A DNA stretch of 64,000 bases from the NCBI GenBank assembly GCA_043228905.1, contig JBHGNT010000096.1, forward strand, positions 28,335 to 92,334. The letters are read 5' to 3'. Below the pieces are notes generated by a model that saw nothing but the letters and a program-made list of their open reading frames with translations, searched no databases and was not told the DNA's origin. Below are positions 34,397-49,300 of the stretch, piece by piece. Made by a program: the position numbers and the translations under genes. Origin of the DNA: Azolla caroliniana. Its lineage: Eukaryota; Plantae; Polypodiophyta. Position 1 is the first letter of the stretch, and each line of letters begins with the position of its first letter.

Positions 34397-37300
34397 GTTC
34401 ATACCTGGCTCGTGTAATATCGGATTTTTGTGTTCAAACATGCGAATCGAAGCTAACAACGCTAGCTATGATATGGAGTTAAAAAATCAAGATTTTGAAA
34501 CTCAGGTCTAGAGACATGACGAAATTAGCAAACATGAGAAGGGAGTTGAGAGGAGCCCTTGAGTAAATGAAAATGTTCATACCTAGCTCGTGTAATATCG
34601 GATTTTTGTGTTCAAACATACGTATCGAAGCTAATAACGCTAGCTATGATATGGAGTAAAAAAATCAAGATTTTGAAACTCAGGTCTAGAGACATGACGA
34701 AATTAGCAAACTTGAGGAGGGAGTTGAGAGAAGCCCTTGAGTAAATGAAAATGTTCATACCTGGCTCGTGTGATATCGGATTTTTGTGTTCAAACATGCG
34801 AATCGAAGCTAACAACGCTATCTATGATATCGAATTAAAAAATCAAGATTTTGAAACTCAGGTCGAGAGACATGAAGAAATTACCAAATTTGAGGAGTGA
34901 GTTTAGAGGAGCCCTTGAGTAAATGAAAATGTTCATACCTAGCTCGTGTAATATCGGATTTTTGTGTTCAAACATGCGAATCGAAGCTAACAACGCTAGC
35001 TATGATATGGAGTTAAAAAATCAAGATTTTGAAACTCAGGTCTAGAGACATGACGAAATTAGCAGACATGAGGAGGGAGTTGAGAGGAGCCCTTGAGTAA
35101 ATAAAAATGTTCATACCTGGCTCGTGTGATATCGGATTTTTGTGTTCAAACATGTGAATCGAAGCTAACAACGCTAGCTATGACATGGAATTAAAAAATC
35201 AAGATTTTGAAACTCAGGTCTAGAGACATGACGAAATTAGCAAACATGAGAAGGGAGTTGAGAGGAGCCCTTGAGTAAATGAAAATGTTCATACCTATCT
35301 CGTGTAATATCGGATTTTTGTGTTCAAACATACGTATCGAAGCTAATAACGCTAGCTATGATATGGAGTAAAAAAATCAAGATTTTGAAACTCAGGTCTA
35401 GAGACATGACGAAATTAGCAAACATGAGGAGGGAGTTGAGAGGAGCCCTTGAGTAAATAAAAATGTTCATACCTGGCTCGTGTGATATCGGATTTTTGTG
35501 TTCAAACATGTGAATCGAAGCTAACAACGCTAGCTATGACATGGAATTAAAAAATCAAGATTTTGAAACTCAGGTCTAGAGACATGACGAAATTAGCAAA
35601 CATGAGAAGGGAGATGAGAGGAGCCCTTGAGTAAATGAAAATGTTCATACCTAGCTCGTGTAATATCGGATTTTTGTGTTCAAACATACGTATCGAAGCT
35701 AATAACGCTAGCTATGATATGGAGTAAAAAAATCAAGATTTTGAAACTGAGGTCGAGAGACATGACGAAATTACCAAATTTGAGGAGTGAGTTTAGAGGA
35801 GCCCTTGAGTAAATGAAAATGTTCATACCTAGCTCGTGTAATATCGGATTTTTGTGTTCAAACATGCGAATCGAAGCTAACAACGCTAGCTATGATATGG
35901 AGTTAGAAAATCAAGATTTTGAAACTCAGGTCTAGAGACATGACGAAATTAGCAGACATGAGGAGGGAGTTGAGAGGAGCCCTTGAGTAAATAAAAATGT
36001 TCATACCTGGCTCGTGTGATATCGGATTTTTGTGTTCAAACATGTGAATCGAAGCTAACAACGCTAGCTATGACATGGAATTAAAAAATCAAGATTTTGA
36101 AACTCAGGTCTAGAGACATGACGAAATTAGCAAACATGAGAAGGGAGTTGAGAGGAGCCCTTGAGTAAATGAAAATGTTCATACCTATCTCGTGTAATAT
36201 CGGATTTTTGTGTTCAAACATACGTATCGAAGCTAATAACGCTAGCTATGATATGGAGTAAAAAAATCAAGATTTTGAAACTCAGGTCTAGAGACATGAC
36301 GAAATTAGCAAACATGAGGAGGGAGTTGAGAGGAGCCCTTGAGTAAATAAAAATGTTCAGACCTGGCTCGTGTGATATCGGATTTTTGTGTTCAAACATG
36401 TGAATCGAAGCTAACAACGCTAGCTATGACATGGAATTAAAAAATCAAGATTTTGAAACTCAGGTCTAGAGACATGACGAAATTAGCAAACATGAGAAGG
36501 GAGTTGAGAGGAGCCCTTGAGTAAATGAAAATGTTCATACCTATCTCGTGTAATATCGGATTTTTGTGTTCAAACATACGTATCGAAGCTAATAACGCTA
36601 GCTATGATATGGAGTAAAAAAATCAAGATTTTGAAACTCAAGTCTATAGACATGACGAAATTAGCAAACATGAGGAGGGAGTTGAGAGGAGCCCTTGAGT
36701 AAATAAAAATGTTCATACCTGGCTCGTGTGATATCGGATTTTTGTGTTCAAACATGTGAATCGAAGCTAACAACGCTAGCTATGACATGGAATTAAAAAA
36801 TCAAGATTTTGAAACTCAGGTCTAGAGACATGACGAAATTAGCAAACATGAGAAGGGAGTTGAGAGGAGCCCTTGAGTAAATGAAAATGTTCATACCTAG
36901 CTCGTGTAATATCGGATTTTTGTGTTCAAACATACGTATCGAAGCTAATAACGCTAGCTATGATATGGAGTAAAAAAATCAAGATTTTGAAACTCAGGTC
37001 TAGAGACATGACGAAATTAGCAAACATGAGGAGGGAGTTGAGAGGAGCCCTTGAGTAAATAAAAATGTTCATACCTGGCTCGTGTGATATCGGATTTTTG
37101 TGTTCAAACATGTGAATCGAAGCTAACAACGCTAGCTATGACATGGAATTAAAAAATCAAGATTTTGAAACTCAGGTCTAGAGACATGACGAAATTAGCA
37201 AACATGAGAAGGGAGTTGAAAGGAGCCCTTGAGTAAATGAAAATGTTCATACCTAGCTCGTGTAATATCGGATTTTTGTGTTCAAACATACGTATCGAAG

Positions 37301-40300
37301 CTAATAACGCTAGCTATGATATGGAGTAAAAAAATCAAGATTTTGAAACTCAGGTCTAGAGACATGACGAAATTAGCAAACTTGAGGAGGGAGTTGAGAG
37401 GAGCCCTTGAGTAAATGAAAATGTTCATACCTGGCTCGTGTGATATCGGATTTTTGTGTTCAAACATGCGAATCGAAGCTAACAACGGTAGCTATGATAT
37501 GGAATTAAAAAATCAAGATTTTGAAACTGAGGTCGAGAGACATGACGAAATTACCAAATTTGAGGAGTGAGTTTAGAGGAGCCCTTGAGTAAATGAAAAT
37601 GTTCATACCTAGCTCGTGTAATATCGGATTTTTGTGTTCAAACATGCGAATCGAAGCTAACAACGCTAGCTATGATATGGAGTTAGAAAATCAAGATTTT
37701 GAAACTCAGGTCTAGAGACATGACGAAATTAGCAGACATGAGGAGGGAGTTGAGAGGAGCCCTTGAGTAAATAAAAATGTTCATACCTGGCTCGTGTGAT
37801 ATCGGATTTTTGTGTTCAAACATGTGAATCGAAGCTAACAACGCTAGCTATGACATGGAATTAAAAAATCAAGATTTTGAAACTCAGGTCTAGAGACATG
37901 ACGAAATTAGCAAACATGAGAAGGGAGTTGAGAGGAGCCCTTGAGTAAATGAAAATGTTCATACCTATCTCGTGTAATATCGGATTTTTGTGTTCAAACA
38001 TACGTATCGAAGCTAATAACGCTAGCTATGATATGGAGTAAAAAAATCAAGATTTTGAAACTCAGGTCTAGAGACATGACGAAATTAGCAAACATGAGGA
38101 GGGAGTTGAGAGGAGCCCTTGAGTAAATAAAAATGTTCATACCTGGCTCGTGTGATATCGGATTTTTGTGTTCAAACATGTGAATCGAAGCTAGCAACGC
38201 TAGCTATGACATGGAATTAAAAAATCAAGATTTTGAAACTCAGGTCTAGAGACATGACGAAATTAGCAAACATGAGAAGGGAGTTGAGAGGAGCCCTTGA
38301 GTAAATGAAAATGTTCATACCTAGCTGGTGTAATATCGGATTTTTGTGTTCAAACATACGTATCGAAGCTAATAACGCTAGCTATGATATGGAGTAAAAA
38401 AATCAAGATTTTGAAACTCAGGTCTAGAGACATGACGAAATTAGCAAACTTGAGGAGGGAGTTGAGAGGAGCCCTTGAGTAAATGAAAATGTTCATACCT
38501 GGCTCGTGTGATATCGGATTTTTGTGTTCAAACATGCGAATCGAAGCTAACAACGGTAGCTATGATATGGAATTAAAAAATCAAGATTTTGAAACTGAGG
38601 TCGAGAGACATGACGAAATTACCAAATTTGAGGAGTGAGTTTAGAGGAGCCCTTGAGTAAATGAAAATGTTCATACCTAGCTCGTGTAATATCGGATTTT
38701 TGTGTTCAAACATACGTATCGAAGCTAATAACGCTAGCGATGATATGGAGTAAAAAAATCAAGATTTTGAAACTCAGGTCTAGAGACATGACGAAATTAG
38801 CAAACATGAGAAGGGAGGTGAGAGGAGCCCTTGAGTAAATAAAAATGTTCATACCTGGCTCGTGTGATATCGGATTTTTGTGTTCAAACATGCGAAGCCA
38901 AGCTAACAACGCTAGCTATGATATGGAATTAAAAAATCAAGATTTTGAAACTCAGGTCGAGAGACATGAAGAAATTACCAAATTTGAATAGTGAGTTGAG
39001 ATGAGCCCTTGAGTAAATGAAAATGTTCATACCTGGCTCGTGTAATATCGGATTTTTGTGTTCAAACATACGTATCGAAGCTAATAACGCTAGCTATGAT
39101 ATGGAATTAAAAAATGAAGATTTTGAAACTCAGGTCTAGAGACATGACGAAATTAGCAAACATGAGGAGGGAGTTGAGAGGAGCCCTTGAGTAAATAAAA
39201 ATGTTCATACCTGGCTCGTGTGATATCGGATTTTTGTGTTCAAACATGCGAATCGAAGCTAACAACGTTAGCTATGATAGGGAGTTAAAAAATGAAGATT
39301 TGAAACTCAGGTCGAGAGACATGAATAAATTACCAAATTTGAGGAGTGAGTGGAGAGGAGCCCTTGAGTAAATGAAAATGTTCATACCTGGCTCGTGTGA
39401 TATCGGATTTTTGTGTTCAAACATGCGAATCGAAGCTAACAACGCTATCTATGATATCGAATTAAAAAATCAAGATTTTGAAACTCAGGTCGAGAGACAT
39501 GAAGAAATTACCAAATTTGAGGAGTGAGTTTAGAGGAGCCCTTGAGTAAATGAAAATGTTCATACCTAGCTCGTGTAATATCGGATTTTTGTGTTCAAAC
39601 ATGCGAATCGAAGCTAACAACGCTAGCTATGATATGGAGTTAAAAAATCAAGATTTTGAAACTCAGGTCTAGAGACATGACGAAATTAGCAGACATGAGG
39701 AGGGAGTTGAGAGGAGCCCTTGAGTAAATAAAAATGTTCATACCTGGCTCGTGTGATATCGGATTTTTGTGTTCAAACATGTGAATCGAAGCTAACAACG
39801 CTAGCTATGACATGGAATTAAAAAATCAAGATTTTGAAACTCAGGTCTAGAGACATGACGAAATTAGCAAACATGAGAAGGGAGTTGAGAGGAGCCCTTG
39901 AGTAAATGAAAATGTTCATACCTATCTCGTGTAATATCGGATTTTTGTGTTCAAACATACGTATCGAAGCTAATAACGCTAGCTATGATATGGAGTAAAA
40001 AAATCAAGATTTTGAAACTCAGGTCTAGAGACATGACGAAATTAGCAAACTTGAGGAGGGAGTTGAGAGGAGCCCTTGAGTAAATGAAAATGTTCATACC
40101 TGGCTCGTGTGATATCGGATTTTTGTGTTCAAACATGCGAATCGAAGCTAACAACGGTAGCTATGATATGGAATTAAAAAATCAAGATTTTGAAACTGAG
40201 GTCGAGAGACATGACGAAATTACCAAATTTGAGGAGTGAGTTTAGAGGAGCCCTTGAGTAAATGAAAATGTTCATACCTAGCTCGTGTAATATCGGATTT

Positions 40301-43300
40301 TTGTGTTCAAACATGCGAATCGAAGCTAACAACGCTAGCTATGATATGGAGTTAGAAAATCAAGATTTTGAAACTCAGGTCTAGAGACATGACGAAATTA
40401 GCAGACATGAGGAGGGAGTTGAGAGGAGCCCTTGAGTAAATAAAAATGTTCATACCTGGCTCGTGTGATATCGGATTTTTGTGTTCAAACATGTGAATCG
40501 AAGCTAACAACGCTAGCTATGACATGGAATTAAAAAATCAAGATTTTGAAACTCAGGTCTAGAGACATGACGAAATTAGCAAACATGAGAAGGGAGTTGA
40601 GAGGAGCCCTTGAGTAAATGAAAATGTTCATACCTATCTCGTGTAATATCGGATTTTTGTGTTCAAACATACGTATCGAAGCTAATAACGCTAGCTATGA
40701 TATGGAGTAAAAAAATCAAGATTTTGAAACTCAGGTCTAGAGACATGACGAAATTAGCAAACATGAGGAGGGAGTTGAGAGGAGCCCTTGAGTAAATAAA
40801 AATGTTCATACCTGGCTCGTGTGATATCGGATTTTTGTGTTCAAACATGTGAATCGAAGCTAACAACGCTAGCTATGACATGGAATTAAAAAATCAAGAT
40901 TTTGAAACTCAGGTCTAGAGACATGAAGAAATTAGCAAACATGAGAAGGGAGTTGAGAGGAGCCCTTGAGTAAATGAAAATGTTCATACCTAGCTGGTGT
41001 AATATCGGATTTTTGTGTTCAAACATACGTATCGAAGCTAATAACGCTAGCTATGATATGGAGTAAAAAAATCAAGATTTTGAAACTCAGGTCTAGAGAC
41101 ATGACGAAATTAGCAAACTTGAGGAGGGAGTTGAGAGGAGCCCTTGAGTAAATGAAAATGTTCATACCTGGCTCGTGTGATATCGGATTTTTGTGTTCAA
41201 ACATGCGAATCGAAGCTAACAACGGTAGCTATGATATGGAATTAAAAAATCAAGATTTTGAAACTGAGGTCGAGAGACATGACGAAATTACCAAATTTGA
41301 GGAGTGAGTTTAGAGGAGCCCTTGAGTAAATGAAAATGTTCATACCTAGCTCGTGTAATATCGGATTTTTGTGTTCAAACATACGTATCGAAGCTAATAA
41401 CGCTAGCGATGATATGGAGTAAAAAAATCAAGATTTTGAAACTCAGGTCTAGAGACATGACGAAATTAGCAAACATGAGAAGGGAGGTGAGAGGAGCCCT
41501 TGAGTAAATAAAAATGTTCATACCTGGCTCGTGTGATATCGGATTTTTGTGTTCAAACATGCGAAGCCAAGCTAACAACGCTAGCTATGATATGGAATTA
41601 AAAAATCAAGATTTTGAAACTCAGGTCGAGAGACATGAAGAAATTACCAAATTTGAATAGTGAGTTGAGATGAGCCCTTGAGTAAATGAAAATGTTCATA
41701 CCTGGCTCGTGTAATATCGGATTTTTGTGTTCAAACATACGTATCGAAGCTAATAACGCTAGCTATGATATGGAATTAAAAAATGAAGATTTTGAAACTC
41801 AGGTCTAGAGACATGACGAAATTAGCAAACATGAGGAGGGAGTTGAGAGGAGCCCTTGAGTAAATAAAAATGTTCATACCTGGCTCGTGTGATATCGGAT
41901 TTTTGTGTTCAAACATGCGAATCGAAGCTAACAACGTTAGCTATGATAGGGAGTTAAAAAATGAAGATTTGAAACTCAGGTCGAGAGACATGAATAAATT
42001 ACCAAATTTGAGGAGTGAGTGGAGAGGAGCCCTTGAGTAAATGAAAATGTTCATACCTGGCTCGTGTGATATCGGATTTTTGTGTTCAAACATGCGAATC
42101 GAAGCTAACAACGCTATCTATGATATCGAATTAAAAAATCAAGATTTTGAAACTCAGGTCTAGAGACATGACGAAATTAGCAGACATGAGGAGGGAGTTG
42201 AGAGGAGCCCTTGAGTAAATAAAAATGTTCATACCTGGCTCGTGTGATATCGGATTTTTGTGTTCAAACATGTGAATCGAAGCTAACAACGCTAGCTATG
42301 ACATGGAATTAAAAAATCAAGATTTTGAAACTCAGGTCTAGAGACATGACGAAATTAGCAAACATGAGAAGGGAGTTGAGAGGAGCCCTTGAGTAAATGA
42401 AAATGTTCATACCTATCTCGTGTAATATCGGATTTTTGTGTTCAAACATACGTATCGAAGCTAATAACGCTAGCTATGATATGGAGTAAAAAAATCAAGA
42501 TTTTGAAACTCAAGTCTATAGACATGACGAAATTAGCAAACATGAGGAGGGAGTTGAGAGGAGCCCTTGAGTAAATAAAAATGTTCATACCTGGCTCGTG
42601 TGATATCGGATTTTTGTGTTCAAACATGTGAATCGAAGCTAACAACGCTAGCTATGACATGGAATTAAAAAATCAAGATTTTGAAACTCAGGTCTAGAGA
42701 CATGACGAAATTAGCAAACATGAGAAGGGAGTTGAAAGGAGCCCTTGAGTAAATGAAAATGTTCATACCTAGCTCGTGTAATATCGGATTTTTGTGTTCA
42801 AACATACGTATCGAAGCTAATAACGCTAGCTATGATATGGAGTAAAAAAATCAAGATTTTGAAACTCAGGTCTAGAGACATGACGAAATTAGCAAACTTG
42901 AGGAGGGAGTTGAGAGGAGCCCTTGAGTAAATGAAAATGTTCATACCTGGCTCGTGTGATATCGGATTTTTGTGTTCAAACATGCGAATCGAAGCTAACA
43001 ACGGTAGCTATGATATGGAATTAAAAAATCAAGATTTTGAAACTGAGGTCGAGAGACATGACGAAATTACCAAATTTGAGGAGTGAGTTTAGAGGAGCCC
43101 TTGAGTAAATGAAAATGTTCATACCTAGCTCGTGTAATATCGGATTTTTGTGTTCAAACATGCGAATCGAAGCTAACAACGCTAGCTATGATATGGAGTT
43201 AGAAAATCAAGATTTTGAAACTCAGGTCTAGAGACATGACGAAATTAGCAGACATGAGGAGGGAGTTGAGAGGAGCCCTTGAGTAAATAAAAATGTTCAT

Positions 43301-46300
43301 ACCTGGCTCGTGTGATATCGGATTTTTGTGTTCAAACATGTGAATCGAAGCTAACAACGCTAGCTATGACATGGAATTAAAAAATCAAGATTTTGAAACT
43401 CAGGTCTAGAGACATGACGAAATTAGCAAACATGAGAAGGGAGTTGAGAGGAGCCCTTGAGTAAATGAAAATGTTCATACCTATCTCGTGTAATATCGGA
43501 TTTTTGTGTTCAAACATACGTATCGAAGCTAATAACGCTAGCTATGATATGGAGTAAAAAAATCAAGATTTTGAAACTCAGGTCTAGAGACATGACGAAA
43601 TTAGCAAACATGAGGAGGGAGTTGAGAGGAGCCCTTGAGTAAATAAAAATGTTCATACCTGGCTCGTATGATATCGGATTTTTGTGTTCAAACATGTGAA
43701 TCGAAGCTAACAACGCTAGCTATGACATGGAATTAAAAAATCAAGATTTTGAAACTCAGGTCTAGAGACATGAAGAAATTAGCAAACATGAGAAGGGAGT
43801 TGAGAGGAGCCCTTGAGTAAATGAAAATGTTCATACCTAGCTGGTGTAATATCGGATTTTTGTGTTCAAACATACGTATCGAAGCTAATAACGCTAGCTA
43901 TGATATGGAGTAAAAAAATCAAGATTTTGAAACTCAGGTCTAGAGACATGACGAAATTAGCAAACTTGAGGAGGGAGTTGAGAGGAGCCCTTGAGTAAAT
44001 GAAAATGTTCATACCTGGCTCGTGTGATATCGGATTTTTGTGTTCAAACATGCGAATCGAAGCTAACAACGGTAGCTATGATATGGAATTAAAAAATCAA
44101 GATTTTGAAACTGAGGTCGAGAGACATGACGAAATTACCAAATTTGAGGAGTGAGTTTAGAGGAGCCCTTGAGTAAATGAAAATGTTCATACCTAGCTCG
44201 TGTAATATCGGATTTTTGTGTTCAAACATACGTATCGAAGCTAATAACGCTAGCGATGATATGGAGTAAAAAAATCAAGATTTTGAAACTCAGGTCTAGA
44301 GACATGACGAAATTAGCAAACATGAGAAGGGAGGTGAGAGGAGCCCTTGAGTAAATAAAAATGTTCATACCTGGCTCGTGTGATATCGGATTTTTGTGTT
44401 CAAACATGCGAAGCCAAGCTAACAACGCTAGCTATGATATGGAATTAAAAAATCAAGATTTTGAAACTCAGGTCGAGAGACATGAAGAAATTACCAAATT
44501 TGAATAGTGAGTTGAGATGAGCCCTTGAGTAAATGAAAATGTTCATACCTGGCTCGTGTAATATCGGATTTTTGTGTTCAAACATACGTATCGAAGCTAA
44601 TAACGCTAGCTATGATATGGAATTAAAAAATGAAGATTTTGAAACTCAGGTCTAGAGACATGACGAAATTAGCAAACATGAGGAGGGAGTTGAGAGGAGC
44701 CCTTGAGTAAATAAAAATGTTCATACCTGGCTCGTGTGATATCGGATTTTTGTGTTCAAACATGCGAATCGAAGCTAACAACGTTAGCTATGATAGGGAG
44801 TTAAAAAATGAAGATTTGAAACTCAGGTCGAGAGACATGAATAAATTACCAAATTTGAGGAGTGAGTGGAGAGGAGCCCTTGAGTAAATGAAAATGTTCA
44901 TACCTGGCTCGTGTGATATCGGATTTTTGTGTTCAAACATGCGAATCGAAGCTAACAACGCTATCTATGATATCGAATTAAAAAATCAAGATTTTGAAAC
45001 TCAGGTCGAGAGACATGAAGAAATTACCAAATTTGAGGAGTGAGTTTAGAGGAGCCCTTGAGTAAATGAAAATGTTCATACCTAGCTCGTGTAATATCGG
45101 ATTTTTGTGTTCAAACATGCGAATCGAAGCTAACAACGCTAGCTATGATATGGAGTTAAAAAATCAAGATTTTGAAACTCAGGTCTAGAGACATGACGAA
45201 ATTAGCAGACATGAGGAGGGAGTTGAGAGGAGCCCTTGAGTAAATAAAAATGTTCATACCTGGCTCGTGTGATATCGGATTTTTGTGTTCAAACATGTGA
45301 ATCGAAGCTAACAACGCTAGCTATGACATGGAATTAAAAAATCAAGATTTTGAAACTCAGGTCTAGAGACATGACGAAATTAGCAAACATGAGAAGGGAG
45401 TTGAGAGGAGCCCTTGAGTAAATGAAAATGTTCATACCTATCTCGTGTAATATCGGATTTTTGTGTTCAAACATACGTATCGAAGCTAATAACGCTAGCT
45501 ATGATATGGAGTAAAAAAATCAAGATTTTGAAACTCAGGTCTAGAGACATGACGAAATTAGCAAACATGAGGAGGGAGTTGAGAGGAGCCCTTGAGTAAA
45601 TAAAAATGTTCATACCTGGCTCGTGTGATATCGGATTTTTGTGTTCAAACATGTGAATCGAAGCTAACAACGCTAGCTATGACATGGAATTAAAAAATCA
45701 AGATTTTGAAACTCAGGTCTAGAGACATGACGAAATTAGCAAACATGAGAAGGGAGTTGAGAGGAGCCCTTGAGTAAATAAAAATGTTCATACCTGGCTC
45801 GTGTGATATCGGATTTTTGTGTTCAAACATGTGAATCGAAGCTAACAACGCTAGCTATGACATGGAATTAAAAAATCAAGATTTTGAAACTGAGGTCTAG
45901 AGACATGACGAAATTAGCAAACATGAGAAGGGAGTTGAGAGGAGCCCTTGAGTAAATGAAAATGTTCATACCTAGCTCGTGTAATATCGGATTTTTGTGT
46001 TCAAACATACGTATCGAAGCTAATAACGCTAGCGATGATATGGAGTAAAAAAATCCAGATTTTGAAACTCAGGTCTAGAGACATGACGAAATTAGCAAAC
46101 ATGAGAAGGGAGGTGAGAGGAGCCCTTGAGTAAATAAAAATGTTCATACCTGGCTCGTGTGATATCGGATTTTTGTGTTCAAACATGCGAAGCCAAGCTA
46201 ACAACGCTAGCTATGATATGGAATTAAAAAATCAAGATTTTGAAACTCAGGTCGAGAGACATGAAGAAATTACCAAATTTGAATAGTGAGTTGAGATGAG

Positions 46301-49300
46301 CCCTTGAGTAAATGAAAATGTTCATACCTAGCTGGTGTAATATCGGATTTTTGTGTTCAAACATACGTATCGAAGCTAATAACGCTAGCTATGATATGGA
46401 GTAAAAAAATCAAGATTTTGAAACTCAGGTCTAGAGACATGACGAAATTAGCAAACTTGAGGAGGGAGTTGAGAGGAGCCCTTGAGTAAATAAAAATGTT
46501 CATACCTGGCTCGTGTGATATCGGATTTTTGTGTTCAAACATGTGAATCGAAGCTAACAACGCTAGCTATGACATGGAATTAAAAAATCAAGATTTTGAA
46601 ACTCAGGTCTAGAGACATGACGAAATTAGCAAACATGAGAAGGGAGTTGAGAGGAGCCCTTGAGTAAATGAAAATGTTCATACCTAGCTTGTGTAATATC
46701 GGATTTTTGTGTTCAAACATACGTATCGAAGCTAATAACGCTAGCGATGATATGGAGTAAAAAAATCAAGATTTTGAAACTCAGGTCTAGAGACATGACG
46801 AAATTAGCAAACATGAGAAGGGAGGTGAGAGGAGCCCTTGAGTAAATAAAAATGTTCATACCTGGCTCGTGTGATATCGGATTTTTGTGTTCAACCATGC
46901 GAAGCCAAGATAACAACGCTAGCTATGATATGGAATTAAAAAATCAAGATTTTGAAACTCAGGTCGAGAGACATGAAGAAATTACCAAATTTGAATAGTG
47001 AGTTGAGATGAGCCCTTGAGTAAATGAAAATGTTCATACCTGGCTCGTGTAATATCGGATTTTTGTGTTCAAACATACGTATCGAAGCTAATAACGCTAG
47101 CTATGATATGGAATTAAAAAATGAAGATTTTGAAACTCAGGTCTAGAGACATGACGAAATTAGCAAACATGAGGAGGGAGTTGAGAGGAGCCCTTGAGTA
47201 AATAAAAATGTTCATACCTGGCTCGTGTGATATCGGATTTTTGTGTTCAAACATGCGAATCGAAGCTAACAACGCTAGCTATGATATGGAGTTAAAAAAT
47301 CAAGATTTTGAAACTCAGGTCTAGAGACATGACGAAATTAGCAGACATGAGGAGGGAGTTGAGAGGAGCCCTTGAGTAAATAAAAATGTTCATACCTGGC
47401 TCGTGTGATATCGGATTTTTGTGTTCAAACATGTGAATCGAAGCTAACAACGCTAGCTATGACATGGAATTAAAAAATCAAGATTTTGAAACTCAGGTCT
47501 AGAGACATGACGAAATTAGCAAACATGAGAAGGGAGTTGAGAGGAGCCCTTGAGTAAATGAAAATGTTCATACCTATCTCGTGTAATATCGGATTTTTGT
47601 GTTCAAACATACGTATCGAAGCTAATAACGCTAGCTATGATATGGAGTAAAAAAATCAAGATTTTGAAACTCAGGTCTAGAGACATGACGAAATTAGCAA
47701 ACATGAGGAGGGAGTTGAGAGGAGCCCTTGAGTAAATAAAAATGTTCATACCTGGCTCGTGTGATATCGGATTTTTGTGTTCAAACATGTGAATCGAAGC
47801 TAACAACGCTAGCTATGACATGGAATTAAAAAATCAAGATTTTGAAACTCAGGTCTAGAGACATGACGAAATTAGCAAACATGAGAAGGGAGTTGAGAGG
47901 AGCCCTTGAGTAAATGAAAATGTTCATACCTAGCTCGTGTAATATCGGATTTTTGTGTTCAAACATACGTATCGAAACTAATAACGCTAGCTATGATATG
48001 GAGTAAAAAAATCAAGATTTTGAAACTCAGGTCTAGAGACATGACGAAATTAGCAAACTTGAGGAGGGAGTTGAGAGGAGCCCTTGAGTAAATAAAAATG
48101 TTCATACCTGGCTCGTGTGATATCGGATTTTTGTGTTCAAACATGCGAATCGAAGCTAACAACGGTAGCTATGATATGGAATTAAAAAATCAAGATTTTG
48201 AAACTGAGGTCGAGAGACATGACGAAATTACCAAATTTGAGGAGTGAGTTTAGAGGAGCCCTTGAGTAAATGAAAATGTTCATACCTAGCTCGTGTAATA
48301 TCGGATTTTTGTGTTCAAACATGCGAATCGAAGCTAACAACGCTAGCTATGATATGGAGTTAGAAAATCAAGATTTTGAAACTCAGGTCTAGAGACATGA
48401 CGAAATTAGCAGACATGAGGAGGGAGTTGAGAGGAGCCCTTGAGTAAATAAAAATGTTCATACCTGGCTCGTGTGATATCGGATTTTTGTGTTCAAACAT
48501 GCGAATCGAAGCTAACAACGCTAGCTATGACATGGAATTAAAAAATCAAGATTTTGAAACTCAGGTCTAGAGACATGACGAAATTAGCAAACATGAGAAG
48601 GGAGTTGAGAGGAGCCCTTGAGTAAATGAAAATGTTCATACCTATCTCGTGTAATATCGGATTTTTGTGTTCAAACATACGTATCGAAGCTAATAACGCT
48701 AGCTATGATATGGAGTAAAAAAATCAAGATTTTGAAACTCAGGTCTAGAGACATGACGAAATTAGCAAACATGAGGAGGGAGTTGAGAGGAGCCCTTGAG
48801 TAAATAAAAATGTTCATACCTGGCTCGTGTGATATCGGATTTTTGTGTTCAAACATGGGAATCGAAGCTAACAACGCTAGCTATGACATGGAATTAAAAA
48901 ATCAAGATTTTGAAACTCAGGTCTAGAGACATGACGAAATTAGCAAACATGAGAAGGGAGTTGAGAGGAGCCCTTGAGTAAATGAAAATGTTCATACCTA
49001 GCTCGTGTAATATCGGATTTTTGTGTTCAAACATACGTATCGAAACTAATAACGCTAGCTATGATATGGAGTAAAAAAATCAAGATTTTGAAACTCAGGT
49101 CTAGAGACATGACGAAATTAGCAAACTTGAGGAGGGAGTTGAGAGGAGCCCTTGAGTAAATAAAAATGTTCATACCTGGCTCGTGTGATATCGGATTTTT
49201 GTGTTCAAACATGCGAATCGAAGCTAACAACGGTAGCTATGATATGGAATTAAAAAATCAAGATTTTGAAACTGAGGTCGAGAGACATGACGAAATTACC

